Part shown: positions 1 through 8,168 of the stretch, one piece after another | Layout of the letters: each line of letters starts with the position of its first letter | Numbering within the stretch: the first letter of the stretch is position 1 | Origin: a virus | Lineage: Duplodnaviria; Heunggongvirae; Uroviricota; Caudoviricetes | Reading direction: 5' to 3' (one strand) | IMG/VR virus record: IMGVR_UViG_3300037071_003200 | Span: 64,001-100,931 of that record | Length of the DNA: 36,931 bases | Notes under the pieces: generated by a model | What the model saw: only the letters and a program-made list of their open reading frames with translations | The model's database searches: none | What the model was told of the DNA's origin: nothing | Translations under genes and position numbers: made by a program

Positions 1-468
1 GCGTCCGTGGCCACCCTCTGAGGCTGAGCAGGAGAGGAGCCATCCTTCGGTGCCAGGATAGGCACGTTGGACTTCCTTCACCGCCCGGTGCCAGGCGTGG
101 TTTCCGTCCCTCACCTCGAAGTCATCCAGGGTGAGAGCTTCCATCTTCTTGAGGTGAACGATCGTCTTCTGGCGTTCCGCGTATGAGCGTTTCGCCCAGA
201 CGTTCGCGAGGTACCTGGCGTCGGCACAATTACGAGGCCTGCGCCAGTCGGGGAGTGAGGCCCCCCGCTGGATCGTCCAGTGGACGAAGCGGCCTCGATA
301 GAACGAGAGGCCGAGGTGGGCGTAGGGACAGCCAGACTGGGGAGCCGCACGAACGTCAGGGCGTGCGGCCTGTCTGGCTGGCCTGTCTGGCTTCTGCTCG
401 GCGGACGATGCCGCCGGGACGATCAGGGTAAGAACAATGGCGAATACGATTGTTTGTGCAAAGCGAAT
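1..468 (-). CDS. Secreted protein, partial (runs off the left edge); possibly lysozyme/transglycosylase-like
   Basis: Open frame missed by the ORF track: IRFAQTIVFAIVLTLIVPAASSAEQK (signal-peptide-like) ... WLLSCSASEGGHGR at the edge. SD GGAG lies 8 nt before an ATT codon; in-frame stop just upstream. Confidence 0.55.
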   Translation of the reverse strand, partial: MRFAQTIVFAIVLTLIVPAASSAEQKPDRPARQAARPDVRAAPQSGCPYAHLGLSFYRGRFVHWTIQRGASLPDWRRPRNCADARYLANVWAKRSYAERQKTIVHLKKMEALTLDDFEVRDGNHAWHRAVKEVQRAYPGTEGWLLSCSASEGGHGR

Positions 469-558
469 GACACCTTCTCCCTGTTAGCTGACGAGGCCTC
501 GCGGTCATGAGGGGACCGCGGCTTGCAGGTGGGGTCTTTCGTTGTTCGGTGAATCCTG

Positions 559-993
559 TCAGGTGATGTGGACGGACGGCAATGGTTCGACCGTCCTTTT
601 GTGCCTCTCGATGATCTCTGCGTACGCGGCGTTCGCGCCGGCAGCGCGGCGAGCTCGGGTTCCGTCGACCTTCCACGAGACCTGCTCGACCACGATCTCC
701 CGGATCACTTCCTCCGGACAGCCTGCTTCACGAAGCTCTTCCTCGAGCGCCTGGGGGTCGGGGTAGTCCACGCGGGTCGTCCCCTTGAGCTCCACCTTCC
801 CCACGCCGTCGATGTGGAACGTCTTGGTCGCGAGGATCTCTGAGCGGTAGCGCATCGCTTCACGCAGGACGCGCTCGGCGTCCAGCACCTGGTCCTTCAG
901 CTTCTTCAGATCTCGGTAGGCGATCGCGATCTCGCGCTCGTCCTCGAGGTTGACCAGGACGCCTGACGCAGGCAGAACGAGGGCCGAGCCCAT
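559..993 (-). CDS. Hypothetical phage protein, 144 aa (MGSALVLPASG...)
   Basis: 3' part of ORF 559..1227; ATG at 993 with GAGG upstream; protein-like helical sequence. Confidence 0.7.
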   Translation of the reverse strand: MGSALVLPASGVLVNLEDEREIAIAYRDLKKLKDQVLDAERVLREAMRYRSEILATKTFHIDGVGKVELKGTTRVDYPDPQALEEELREAGCPEEVIREIVVEQVSWKVDGTRARRAAGANAAYAEIIERHKRTVEPLPSVHIT

Positions 994-1012
994 CTCGGCG
1001 ACCTCGGGTCCT

Positions 1013-1573
1013 TCAGCGGCCACGCTTGATCCCGAAGTCACGCCCCTTGATCTTGGCCATGCGTCCGTCGGGGTGATGGAAGACGATGCCCTCCCAATCG
1101 GTCTCCGAGAGGAAGTCTTTGATGCCGTCGAACGACCGATCGAGATTGCCGACGCCCTCCGCGAAGTCGTGGCGGACGAGCTCGTGCTGGTCGAACTTCT
1201 CCGGGTTCCCTTGCACCTTCGGCCCAACGAGCTCGTACGTGCCCTCGTCGAGCGGCTCGGTGCGGCGAGCGATCGCGTCTCGGTACCACTTGTCCTCGGG
1301 CCCGTAGCCGACGGCGACCCAGCCGATCACCTTGCCGGTGTTCATGTCGTCGTCCACCTGCTGGAAGCCCTCCGGCGGCGCCTTGCCACCACGCAGCTCG
1401 AGCCGCTTGAAGAGGTTCCCCTCGACGTCGACGTACACGGCCGTCCCGTCGTACTTGCGGATCGCGTTGCCCTCGCCCACGAAGACCCACTCGCAGCCAG
1501 GAGTCGGGATCGGCAGAACGCGGCTGCGGTCGCCGTCCCAGTCTCTCTCGAAGATGGTCGGAATCTTCTTCAT
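1013..1573 (-). CDS. ATP-dependent RNA ligase-like nucleotidyltransferase (DUF5565/Rlig1-like)
   Basis: Motif I RKYDGT (KxDG), YELVG, EGIVFH and C-terminal MAKIK..DF; N-terminus MKKIPTIF. Confidence 0.8.
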   Translation of the reverse strand: MKKIPTIFERDWDGDRSRVLPIPTPGCEWVFVGEGNAIRKYDGTAVYVDVEGNLFKRLELRGGKAPPEGFQQVDDDMNTGKVIGWVAVGYGPEDKWYRDAIARRTEPLDEGTYELVGPKVQGNPEKFDQHELVRHDFAEGVGNLDRSFDGIKDFLSETDWEGIVFHHPDGRMAKIKGRDFGIKRGR

Positions 1574-1723
1574 GGTGTGGAGAAATGGATTCGCCGAGCC
1601 CGCATCTCCCTTTCGTCCACTTCCCTTACTGACTTTCGGGTCCCCCCTACAGCCAGTCCGAGAAGCATCAACCTACCGGGGCGCGGTTTTCGGCGCTCGG
1701 GGAATCTACCACTTCTCCACCAT
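1572..1723 (-). ncRNA. Putative structured RNA / cis-regulatory long stem between the HNH and ligase genes
   Basis: ~27-bp imperfect inverted repeat (1572-1599 vs 1695-1723) plus inner helices GCTTCTC/GGGAAGT and ACTGGC/GTCAGT; no match to an RNA class I recognise. Confidence 0.5.
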
Positions 1724-1726
1724 CTG

Positions 1727-2041
1727 TCAAGCGGCCTGGAGCCCGCGGTTGAGGCGCTCCTCACACAGCTGCCGGCCCTGCTCGTAGGGGTGGTAGTGCG
1801 AGCACTTCTTCCACACTGGGCGACGCTTGAGGATCGCGCGGCGGATCGACTCCAGCATCGGGTGATGACGGTGGCAGAGCGTGAGCAAGTTGTCGTCCTC
1901 GTCCGTTCCACCCTCGCGGCGAGAGACGATGTGATGCACGTCAAGGACGGCGGAGCACTCTCCGCCGAGGAAGCGACCGCTACAGCGGTGCTGATCGCGC
2001 TCGAGGACGCGATCCCGGATGTCTTCCCAGCGCTCTGGCAT
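1727..2041 (-). CDS. HNH endonuclease
   Basis: RDRVLERDQHRC...C...LDVHHIVSRREGGTDEDDNLLTLCHRHH. Confidence 0.88.
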   Translation of the reverse strand: MPERWEDIRDRVLERDQHRCSGRFLGGECSAVLDVHHIVSRREGGTDEDDNLLTLCHRHHPMLESIRRAILKRRPVWKKCSHYHPYEQGRQLCEERLNRGLQAA

Positions 2042-2087
2042 TGCAACTCACGCTGCAAATGATGCCATAACACATCGGATGTCGGCG

Positions 2088-2312
2088 TCAAATCAGGGAG
2101 TCCTGTCCAGGAGATATCCCACTTTTCAACTTCCGGATGCAGTTGTCACAGGCGTACACCTCGATCGTTTCACGCAGGGAGATGTCGGAGCCGCCGCGGC
2201 GGGTAGAGCTCATGTGCGCTTTGCGCTCCCAGCCCTGGACGCGACGCCAGGTGTAGCGCGACGTCGGATCGACTGGCGTTCCGCAGTAGGTGCAGGGGGC
2301 GGTCATGTCCAT
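2088..2312 (-). CDS. Small Zn-finger protein
   Basis: CTYC...CDNC pairs; overlaps the upstream gene's stop. Confidence 0.65.
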   Translation of the reverse strand: MDMTAPCTYCGTPVDPTSRYTWRRVQGWERKAHMSSTRRGGSDISLRETIEVYACDNCIRKLKSGISPGQDSLI

Positions 2313-2533
2313 CGAAACCCCTTTCGTCGGAAGAGTGGACGGGCAGCGCCGGGCACCTTCTTCATCTCCAGCACGCCCTTCTCGACGAGACGATGGACGT
2401 GGTAGTGAACGCTCCCCTTCGACGAGAGCCCCAGGAAGAGACCGATCTGGTCGTAGCTCGGGCTCGTCCAGTACTCCGTCCAGTACGAGTCGATGAATGC
2501 GAGGAGCTCGGCTTCTGTGCGCGTCCCGATCAC
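2303..2533 (-). CDS. LexA-type winged-helix DNA-binding protein (DNA-binding domain only)
   Basis: ELLAFI...SPSYDQIG..LGLSSKGSVHYHVHRLVEKGVL matches the LexA N-terminal pattern; 76 aa, no peptidase domain. Confidence 0.8.
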   Translation of the reverse strand: MIGTRTEAELLAFIDSYWTEYWTSPSYDQIGLFLGLSSKGSVHYHVHRLVEKGVLEMKKVPGAARPLFRRKGFRWT

Positions 2534-2703
2534 GACTTCGTCGCGAACTCTTCGAGGCTTGGCTGCGCGGCCTTGGTGTCCTGGGTTGTGATCTTATTCG
2601 AGAGGTTCTTCAGGTCCTGCACCAGCTGCGGATCGTCGGCGAAGATACGCGCGACCAGCAGCACGCAGTACACGACGATCTGCTGCCTCCAGGTGACGTT
2701 CAT
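2530..2703 (-). CDS. Hypothetical protein, 57 aa (MNVTWRQQ...)
   Basis: 4-bp ATGA overlaps with both neighbours; GGAG SD. Confidence 0.55.
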   Translation of the reverse strand: MNVTWRQQIVVYCVLLVARIFADDPQLVQDLKNLSNKITTQDTKAAQPSLEEFATKS

Positions 2704-3149
2704 GGGGTCTCCTCCCAGGTGATGATGTGGAACCGGTCGTCGAGGATTCCAGCGATGAAGGGCCCCACGATGTCGTAGGAGAGCTGGCCGTTTCCACAGC
2801 CCGGCCGCGGCACGACGCAGATTTCCCAGTCCTCGCGATCGGCCGCCTCCATCGCCTCCTTGCACGATCGCTCGATCAGAGCGAGGTCGGCGGGCTGGTG
2901 CCAGTGATGCTTCACCGGGAAGGTGATCAGGTCCTTCATCCCGACCCAGTTCTTGAAGCAGAAGACGTGGTTGCCGTTCGCGATGATCGAAGCTCCCACG
3001 GCCAGCGGCAGACCCGGCCAGAGGTCGGCGGCCTCCTTCGCACAGCCCGCGCCCATGACGGCACGCCCGTCCTTGCGCACAAAGCCGTTCGTCGTGATCG
3101 CGATCGCGCTCGCTGAGTACTCGAAGAGATCTCCGTAGACGTCGATCAT
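2700..3149 (-). CDS. Macrodomain protein (ADP-ribose binding/hydrolase, DarG-like subgroup)
   Basis: GDLF, TTN..., VMGAGCA, FPVKHHW, PRPGCGNGQL motifs. Confidence 0.82.
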   Translation of the reverse strand: MIDVYGDLFEYSASAIAITTNGFVRKDGRAVMGAGCAKEAADLWPGLPLAVGASIIANGNHVFCFKNWVGMKDLITFPVKHHWHQPADLALIERSCKEAMEAADREDWEICVVPRPGCGNGQLSYDIVGPFIAGILDDRFHIITWEETP

Positions 3150-3499
3150 GCGGGCCTCCCCTCGCAGTAGAGCTCGATCGGGATGCCATGCTTCTCGGCG
3201 AGGTCGACCATCATCGACGTGCCACTGGATCGCCCATCCCAGAAGGCGATACAGAGATCAGCGCCGATGACCGCCATGCGCTCGTTGCGGATGAAGCCAG
3301 CGCGCTTGCCGTAGTAGTCCCAGTCGGCCGGATGCTCCTCGACCAGGAGACCGAGCTTGGCGGCCTCTTCTCCCGCGATGCGATCGGCCCCCTTCGCCTT
3401 CCCGTGGACGATGACCGTGTCCGTAGGCAGGTCGAAGAGACGGTTCGCGATCGCCTCGCGATCCGTCCAGTCTCGGGATCCGCAGACGATGACTCTCAC
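3146..3499 (-). CDS. SLOG-family protein (YspA/DUF2493-like)
   Basis: RVIVCGSRDW, HGKAKGAD, ADW..YGKRAGFIRNERM, AFWDGRSSGT. Confidence 0.85.
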   Translation of the reverse strand: MRVIVCGSRDWTDREAIANRLFDLPTDTVIVHGKAKGADRIAGEEAAKLGLLVEEHPADWDYYGKRAGFIRNERMAVIGADLCIAFWDGRSSGTSMMVDLAEKHGIPIELYCEGRPA

Positions 3500-3906
3500 T
3501 TCCCCGGCTTCGCGTGGGGAGTCACTTCGGTAGCGATCACGCCTGCCAGCTCTTCGCGTGTGAGCTCGGGCTGATAGAGCAGGCCATAGTGGATGTCCTT
3601 GAGTATCCCTTCCAGGAGCCGCTCCCGATCGTCGCGCTCTACGGTCCTCACCTCGTACCGCTGTATCTCGTGAGCGAGTGCTGCTCGCACTCTCTTCACT
3701 TCGTCCTCAAGATCATGCAGTTGCTTCGCGCGATCGCGGTCGGCCTGGCGGCTGACCTTGTCGGCCTCGTCACGACGAGCTACTTCCTGCGCGCAGCCTT
3801 CGAGCTTCGCGGTCAGGCGCTCGAGCTCCTCGACGAGGATCTTCACCTCGCTCGTCGACAGGACGCTGCCGTGACGGACGCGCTCCACGAGGAAGCTGAG
3901 CGTCAT
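3496..3906 (-). CDS. Coiled-coil hypothetical protein, 136 aa
   Basis: 3' part of ORF 3496..4503 from MTLSFL; ATGA-coupled. Confidence 0.65.
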   Translation of the reverse strand: MTLSFLVERVRHGSVLSTSEVKILVEELERLTAKLEGCAQEVARRDEADKVSRQADRDRAKQLHDLEDEVKRVRAALAHEIQRYEVRTVERDDRERLLEGILKDIHYGLLYQPELTREELAGVIATEVTPHAKPGK

Positions 3907-4385
3907 GACCCCGCCGGCAGCGCGAGCCGCAGGTCGCCGGGCATGACGCCCGTCTCGTACACCTCGTTCAGCTGGGGAGCGATCCACTCGCCGACGGTCT
4001 CTCCGCCAGGGAGCATCGTGTACGCGAGGAACTCGTCCTCGAACGTCGCGATGCCTGCGTCGATGGCCTCGAGCTTCGCCTTGATCACGAGCAGGAGCGC
4101 TCGCCAACGCGATCGCTGTGCCTGCTCCCAGTGCTTGGTGATCTGCTCGGGCGACCGCCAACGTCCGGCGGGCGACTTGTTGAAGTCCTCGCGCGGCGGT
4201 ACGTGTACGCGGAAGCGCACCTGCCGCATCTCGCCGGAGCCCTCGTTGTGGACGACGAACGCGATGACGGCTTCCTCGCGGTCCCAGCCGTACATGAACT
4301 TCGAGGCGCCGTAGCGCTGCAGGGTGCGCTCGATCTCCGCCCGAGAGCGTTCGACCGAAACGGATGTCTGATTCGCGTACGCCAT
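3903..4385 (-). CDS. Conserved phage hypothetical protein
   Basis: TSVSVERSRAEIE..L.RYGA...WRAL.L.IKAKLEAI..GI.TFEDEFLA pattern typical of a widespread phage family. Confidence 0.75.
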   Translation of the reverse strand: MAYANQTSVSVERSRAEIERTLQRYGASKFMYGWDREEAVIAFVVHNEGSGEMRQVRFRVHVPPREDFNKSPAGRWRSPEQITKHWEQAQRSRWRALLLVIKAKLEAIDAGIATFEDEFLAYTMLPGGETVGEWIAPQLNEVYETGVMPGDLRLALPAGS

Positions 4386-4876
4386 CAGAAGGTGCGCCCA
4401 CAGTGCGGGCAGGTGGTCTTGTCCTTGCCGGGCGGAAGCTCACCGATCGGCTCGCCCTGCATGGCTCGACGGGCCTCGCGCATTTCCTCGCGCTTCCAGT
4501 CACCGGCCACAGCTCGAGAGATCAGCTCGTCGCGTTGCGCTGGCGGGAGGTAGGCGACTTCGGAGATCACGGTCATGTGCAAACCTCGTCGTCGAGCTGG
4601 AGGGACGTGCTTCGCCACCGACTTGTAGTTGGCGAGTGTCTGCGGCGAGTGCGGGAACGATGCCTCGATCTGAGCGAACTGCTCGCCGAACACGTCCTCT
4701 CCGGTGTTGAGGAAGTCGCCGACCCACCACGGGTATCCGCGGCCGAGGCCGCCGAGGAAGCGACCGAGGTCCTCGTACTTGTCCCACGTGAGCCCCTCCG
4801 GGTTTGTGATCCGGAGGGACGTGTCGGAAACAACAGCGCCGGCGGCTTCCAGCGCCGAAAGGTCGGTCGAGGGCAA
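4385..4876 (-). CDS. LmbU-like putative DNA-binding protein with C-terminal Zn knuckle
   Basis: WWVGDFL..GE..FGE, TLANYKSVA...RR pattern; CPHC at the C-terminus. Confidence 0.55.
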   Translation of the reverse strand: MPSTDLSALEAAGAVVSDTSLRITNPEGLTWDKYEDLGRFLGGLGRGYPWWVGDFLNTGEDVFGEQFAQIEASFPHSPQTLANYKSVAKHVPPARRRGLHMTVISEVAYLPPAQRDELISRAVAGDWKREEMREARRAMQGEPIGELPPGKDKTTCPHCGRTF

Positions 4877-4880
4877 AGCC

Positions 4881-5180
4881 CTACTGCCAGGTGATCGTCG
4901 TCTGAGTCTCGACCTTCGGGGACAGCGGCTGCCAGTAGCGCTCTGCGACGGCGACGTAACTCGCGGTCGGACTGGCGTCGTCGCCGAGTGAGCTCAGGGC
5001 ACTCTTGACGTCTGAGGCGGTGACGTTCTTGACCTTGCTCCACGGACCGTCCTTGGCCCGCTGCTCGAGGATGACGTACTCGCGCTCTGACGTTCCCTTG
5101 TCCTTGTCCGACTCCGGCTCCTGCTCCTGCGGCTCGGTCGGCTCTGTCGGCGCGAGCTGGTCCTGCTGGATGGTGCTCAT
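4881..5180 (-). CDS. Hypothetical protein, 99 aa
   Basis: From MSTIQQ; AGGAG SD; ATGA-coupled. Confidence 0.6.
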   Translation of the reverse strand: MSTIQQDQLAPTEPTEPQEQEPESDKDKGTSEREYVILEQRAKDGPWSKVKNVTASDVKSALSSLGDDASPTASYVAVAERYWQPLSPKVETQTTITWQ

Positions 5181-5518
5181 GATGGGACACTCCTTGGTCG
5201 TCGGGTCGGCGAGTAGTCGCCGAGGCCGTAGTGGGCAGCGAGGACGCTGATCACGATTCCTCGCACAACTGTGCGCTGGTCGATGGCGGCGGTCATGCGC
5301 AGCTTCAGGTGCAGCGACTCGTCCACCCTGAGCTTGAACTGCGGTGCCATCTTTCGGTAGGGCTTCCCGGACAACTCCCACTGAAGCCCGAAGTACTCGG
5401 CGAGGATCGACCCGGCGACATCGTTCAGAGTCACGTTCTCTTCGGACGCCTCCTGGTCAAGGGCTGCTCGCAGGTCATCTGGGAGAACCTCGTTCAGGAT
5501 TAGAGCTCCTCGCGCCAT
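5177..5518 (-). CDS. Tandem ribbon-helix-helix-like DNA-binding protein
   Basis: Two repeats of beta-strand + helix + helix ending in ..YFG / ..HYG. Confidence 0.55.
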   Translation of the reverse strand: MARGALILNEVLPDDLRAALDQEASEENVTLNDVAGSILAEYFGLQWELSGKPYRKMAPQFKLRVDESLHLKLRMTAAIDQRTVVRGIVISVLAAHYGLGDYSPTRRPRSVPS

Positions 5519-5535
5519 CGGAGTAAATCTACTCC

Positions 5536-5868
5536 TTACACCGGACGACGCCGAAAGCTCACCCCGAAGATGTTGTACGCCATCATCTCGATCTGCCTGC
5601 GACGCACTGGCTCGATGTGCTTGGTGACGAGGCTGTCGACGTGGCGATCGAATGCTGGTCGCATCGTCCGAGACAGTGTTGTCGCCAGGCGCCCGTTCGC
5701 AAGCGGGATCGTTTTCTGCGTGAGTTCGACGAGGAGCGGCTCAGCCTGCAGGCCAAGTCGCTGCACGTAGGGGATGAACGTCTCGTCGCCGAGCGGCTCC
5801 GGCAAGCCCTCGTCCAGGGCCCAGCGCGGTGGCTCGGGACGCAGGCCAAAGTCTTTCAATCTAGGCAT
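5536..5868 (-). CDS. Hypothetical protein, 110 aa
   Basis: ORF fills the gap between real genes; overlaps the MTase stop. Confidence 0.6.
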   Translation of the reverse strand: MPRLKDFGLRPEPPRWALDEGLPEPLGDETFIPYVQRLGLQAEPLLVELTQKTIPLANGRLATTLSRTMRPAFDRHVDSLVTKHIEPVRRRQIEMMAYNIFGVSFRRRPV

Positions 5869-6922
5869 CGGGCTCCAGTGTCAGAAGGGAGAGCTGCTGC
5901 AGACGATCCGCGATCTGATCGCAGTACTCGTCCGAGAGCTCGATGAGCAAGGAGTGCCGTTCGAGCGAGCGAGCGACGAGCGCGGTCGTCCCGGCGCCGG
6001 CGAATGGATCCATGACGATGCCTGCCCGGAAGTCGTCGTGGCCGCAGTCCGTCCAGCCGACCGTCTTCGGCGGATGGGCGTCGCGCCAGTCCTGCATCTT
6101 CTGGCCGCCGAGATCAGACGTCGTCTCATGCCAGTCGTAGGAGTGCGGCTTGTTCTTCTCAGACTCGGGCACGGGCTCCGTCTCGACGATCCGCTCGCGC
6201 GGGGCCCCGCACGTCCGGCATACCCACTCCGGGCACCCCGCGAGGATGCAGCGGCGCGGCAGCTCCTCGGGGAAGGTGGCGAAGTGGGCCTCGGGATACG
6301 GCTGCGTCGGGATCGTCCACACCGAGCGGATGTTCTTACCGCCAGCGGTAGCCAGGAGCTTCTCCCTTGACTGCGGCTTGATCCAGCCGGTCGACGTATT
6401 CGTCCCCTCGTACTTCGGCACGGTCTGCTTGCCCCAGCGTTCCCAGGCTGCGGGCTCAAGGACAGCGTGGCGATCGAAGTAGTAGCGAGATCTCTTCGCG
6501 AGCAGGAAGATGTACTCGTGAGACGTCGTCGGGCGATCGCGCACCGACGAGGGCATGGCGTTCGGCTTGTGCCAGATGATGTCCGAGCGCAACCCCCAGC
6601 CATCATCCTGCAGCGCGAAAGCCACGCGCCAGGGGGTGCCGAGCAGCTGCTTGTCGACGTAGCTGTCACCGAGGTTCAGCCAGACGGTGCCGTGAGGAGC
6701 AAGCACGCGCCTGACTTCCCGAAAAATTTGCACCAACCTGATGACGTATTCAGCAAGAGTGGTCTCGAGCCCCACCTGACCCTCGGTGCCGTAGTCGCGC
6801 AGCCCAAAGTAGGGCGGGCTGGTGACGCAGCAGTCGACGGACTCCGGGGGGAGCTCGCTCAGAACCGCCAGCGCATCACCCGCGTAGAGAGTGAGGTCGG
6901 GGTCGCTGAGTCGAGGCTCCAT
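5861..6922 (-). CDS. DNA amino-methyltransferase (N4-C/N6-A, beta order)
   Basis: Motif IV VTSPPY near the N-terminus, motif I MDPFAGAGTT near the C-terminus, CxxC insertion. Confidence 0.92.
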   Translation of the reverse strand: MEPRLSDPDLTLYAGDALAVLSELPPESVDCCVTSPPYFGLRDYGTEGQVGLETTLAEYVIRLVQIFREVRRVLAPHGTVWLNLGDSYVDKQLLGTPWRVAFALQDDGWGLRSDIIWHKPNAMPSSVRDRPTTSHEYIFLLAKRSRYYFDRHAVLEPAAWERWGKQTVPKYEGTNTSTGWIKPQSREKLLATAGGKNIRSVWTIPTQPYPEAHFATFPEELPRRCILAGCPEWVCRTCGAPRERIVETEPVPESEKNKPHSYDWHETTSDLGGQKMQDWRDAHPPKTVGWTDCGHDDFRAGIVMDPFAGAGTTALVARSLERHSLLIELSDEYCDQIADRLQQLSLLTLEPDA

Positions 6923-6923
6923 T

Positions 6924-6941
6924 CTTCTCAGTCCTGAGAAG
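6924..6941. repeat. Palindrome family A copy (CTTCTCAGTCCTGAGAAG)
   Basis: Contains the rusA-like stop codon; ends 1 bp before the MTase ATG. Confidence 0.85.
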
Positions 6942-7284
6942 CTCTCAGCGTGATCCTCGTCACGTCCTCTTCATGGCCGCCGTAGCTGAGTGAGAGCGTC
7001 TTCACCTGGCGATCGTTCTCGATCATCCCGCCGATCTGCAGGCCGTCCAAGACGGCCTTGGCGTAGTTGTCGAGATCGCCTCGGAGCTTGCGCTTGGCGC
7101 AGAACTCGATCATCACCTGGCAGTCGGCATTGCCTATCACTGCGCTCGATGCACGGCACGCCCACGCGACTCTCTCCTCGTAGTCGCGCGTCCTCTTCGG
7201 CTTGAAGAAGCGGCCCTGATTCGTACGCACGCGCTCCCAGGCGACCGGGCGGCCGGGGACTTCCAGCTGAATGACTTCGCTCAT
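6928..7284 (-). CDS. rusA: RusA-like Holliday junction resolvase
   Basis: GDLDNYAKAVLDGL..GG.IENDRQV catalytic signature. Confidence 0.85.
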   Translation of the reverse strand: MSEVIQLEVPGRPVAWERVRTNQGRFFKPKRTRDYEERVAWACRASSAVIGNADCQVMIEFCAKRKLRGDLDNYAKAVLDGLQIGGMIENDRQVKTLSLSYGGHEEDVTRITLRASQD

Positions 7285-7487
7285 CTCTGCTCCAGAACAC
7301 GAACCCGTGCTTGAAGATCACGTACCTGCTCGTTGAGATCCTTCCAGCAGGCGTCCGTCTTGCGGACTCGCTCATGGCAGCCAACAGTCCGGTCGTGAAC
7401 GAGGAACAAGATCGTGAACGCTACGAGTCCAGACACGAGCAGGAAACAGAATCCACCGAATCCAAAGATCCAGTAGTTCCTCTTCAC
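7281..7487 (-). CDS. Small membrane protein with coiled-coil tail
   Basis: One hydrophobic segment; ATGA-coupled. Confidence 0.65.
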   Translation of the reverse strand: MKRNYWIFGFGGFCFLLVSGLVAFTILFLVHDRTVGCHERVRKTDACWKDLNEQVRDLQARVRVLEQR

Positions 7488-7497
7488 AACTCTTCCA

Positions 7498-7926
7498 TCA
7501 GATGGAGAAGCCCGGCACGTTCACCGGGTGCTCGACCTCGGAGATCATGTCCTCCAGCTCTGGGCGGCGTTTGACCAGAGACCGGCGGAGACGATCGAGG
7601 TGGATGCCCGTCGCCTGCAGATCAAACTGCTTGAGCTCTCGCAGCGCCTCGACGTAGTCGGTGACCACTTCCTGGGTGAAGTCGGACTCGGCCTGCCACT
7701 GCTCGCTTGCATCCTGCGCGAGCTCAAGACTCGAGTGCATGATCATCCGCGTCAACTGCAAGAGCACAACCCAGGTGAATCCGAGAACGGCCAGCAGGAT
7801 GAGCGAGTAGGTGGCGGAGTAGGCCAGGCCTGTGATGAGGAGGATGGCGTTCCCGAGACCGACCATCGCGATCACGAGCCATGCCTGGCGATCGAGGGTG
7901 CGCAGATCCGTCAGAAATATCCTCAC
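7498..7926 (-). CDS. Membrane protein with two TM segments
   Basis: Two hydrophobic helices followed by a charged helical domain. Confidence 0.65.
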   Translation of the reverse strand: MRIFLTDLRTLDRQAWLVIAMVGLGNAILLITGLAYSATYSLILLAVLGFTWVVLLQLTRMIMHSSLELAQDASEQWQAESDFTQEVVTDYVEALRELKQFDLQATGIHLDRLRRSLVKRRPELEDMISEVEHPVNVPGFSI

Positions 7927-8168
7927 TCCTCTTCCTCCGCCAGCTGCCGATCGAAGAGCATGGACATCTTGCTCATAGCCTGGGCCATCTCGGGGCCACT
8001 CTCGATGTTGTTGTTGAGGATGACCATCGGCCGGCAGACGAGCATGAATGCCTGCTGCTCCGAGAAGCCAGCGCCCTGGTACGCCGTGTACCAGGCGAAG
8101 TAATTCTCGGCGCCGGCGATGATCTCTTCATTCTCCTGCTGTTGGCTGGGGATAGGCAGCTCACTCAT
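7923..8168 (-). CDS. Hypothetical protein, 81 aa
   Basis: From MSELPI; GGAGG SD. Confidence 0.6.
   Translation of the reverse strand: MSELPIPSQQQENEEIIAGAENYFAWYTAYQGAGFSEQQAFMLVCRPMVILNNNIESGPEMAQAMSKMSMLFDRQLAEEEE

Noticed and set aside
1571-1723. The inverted-repeat element as a MITE
   Set aside because: The arms are offset and imperfect, with G-U-type mismatches that suit RNA pairing; the only flanking duplication is the 3-bp CAT; no second copy in the window.
1572-2041. HNH plus adjacent RNA as an IscB/HEARO-like RNA-guided nuclease
   Set aside because: The protein is a 104-aa stand-alone HNH with no RuvC, bridge helix or PLMP region, and no IS ends are visible.
950-2062. Long plus-strand ORF (370 aa), and similar ones at 3514..4314, 15314..16735 and 26728..27393
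   Set aside because: Antisense shadows of real minus-strand genes in GC-rich DNA; no motifs or SD.
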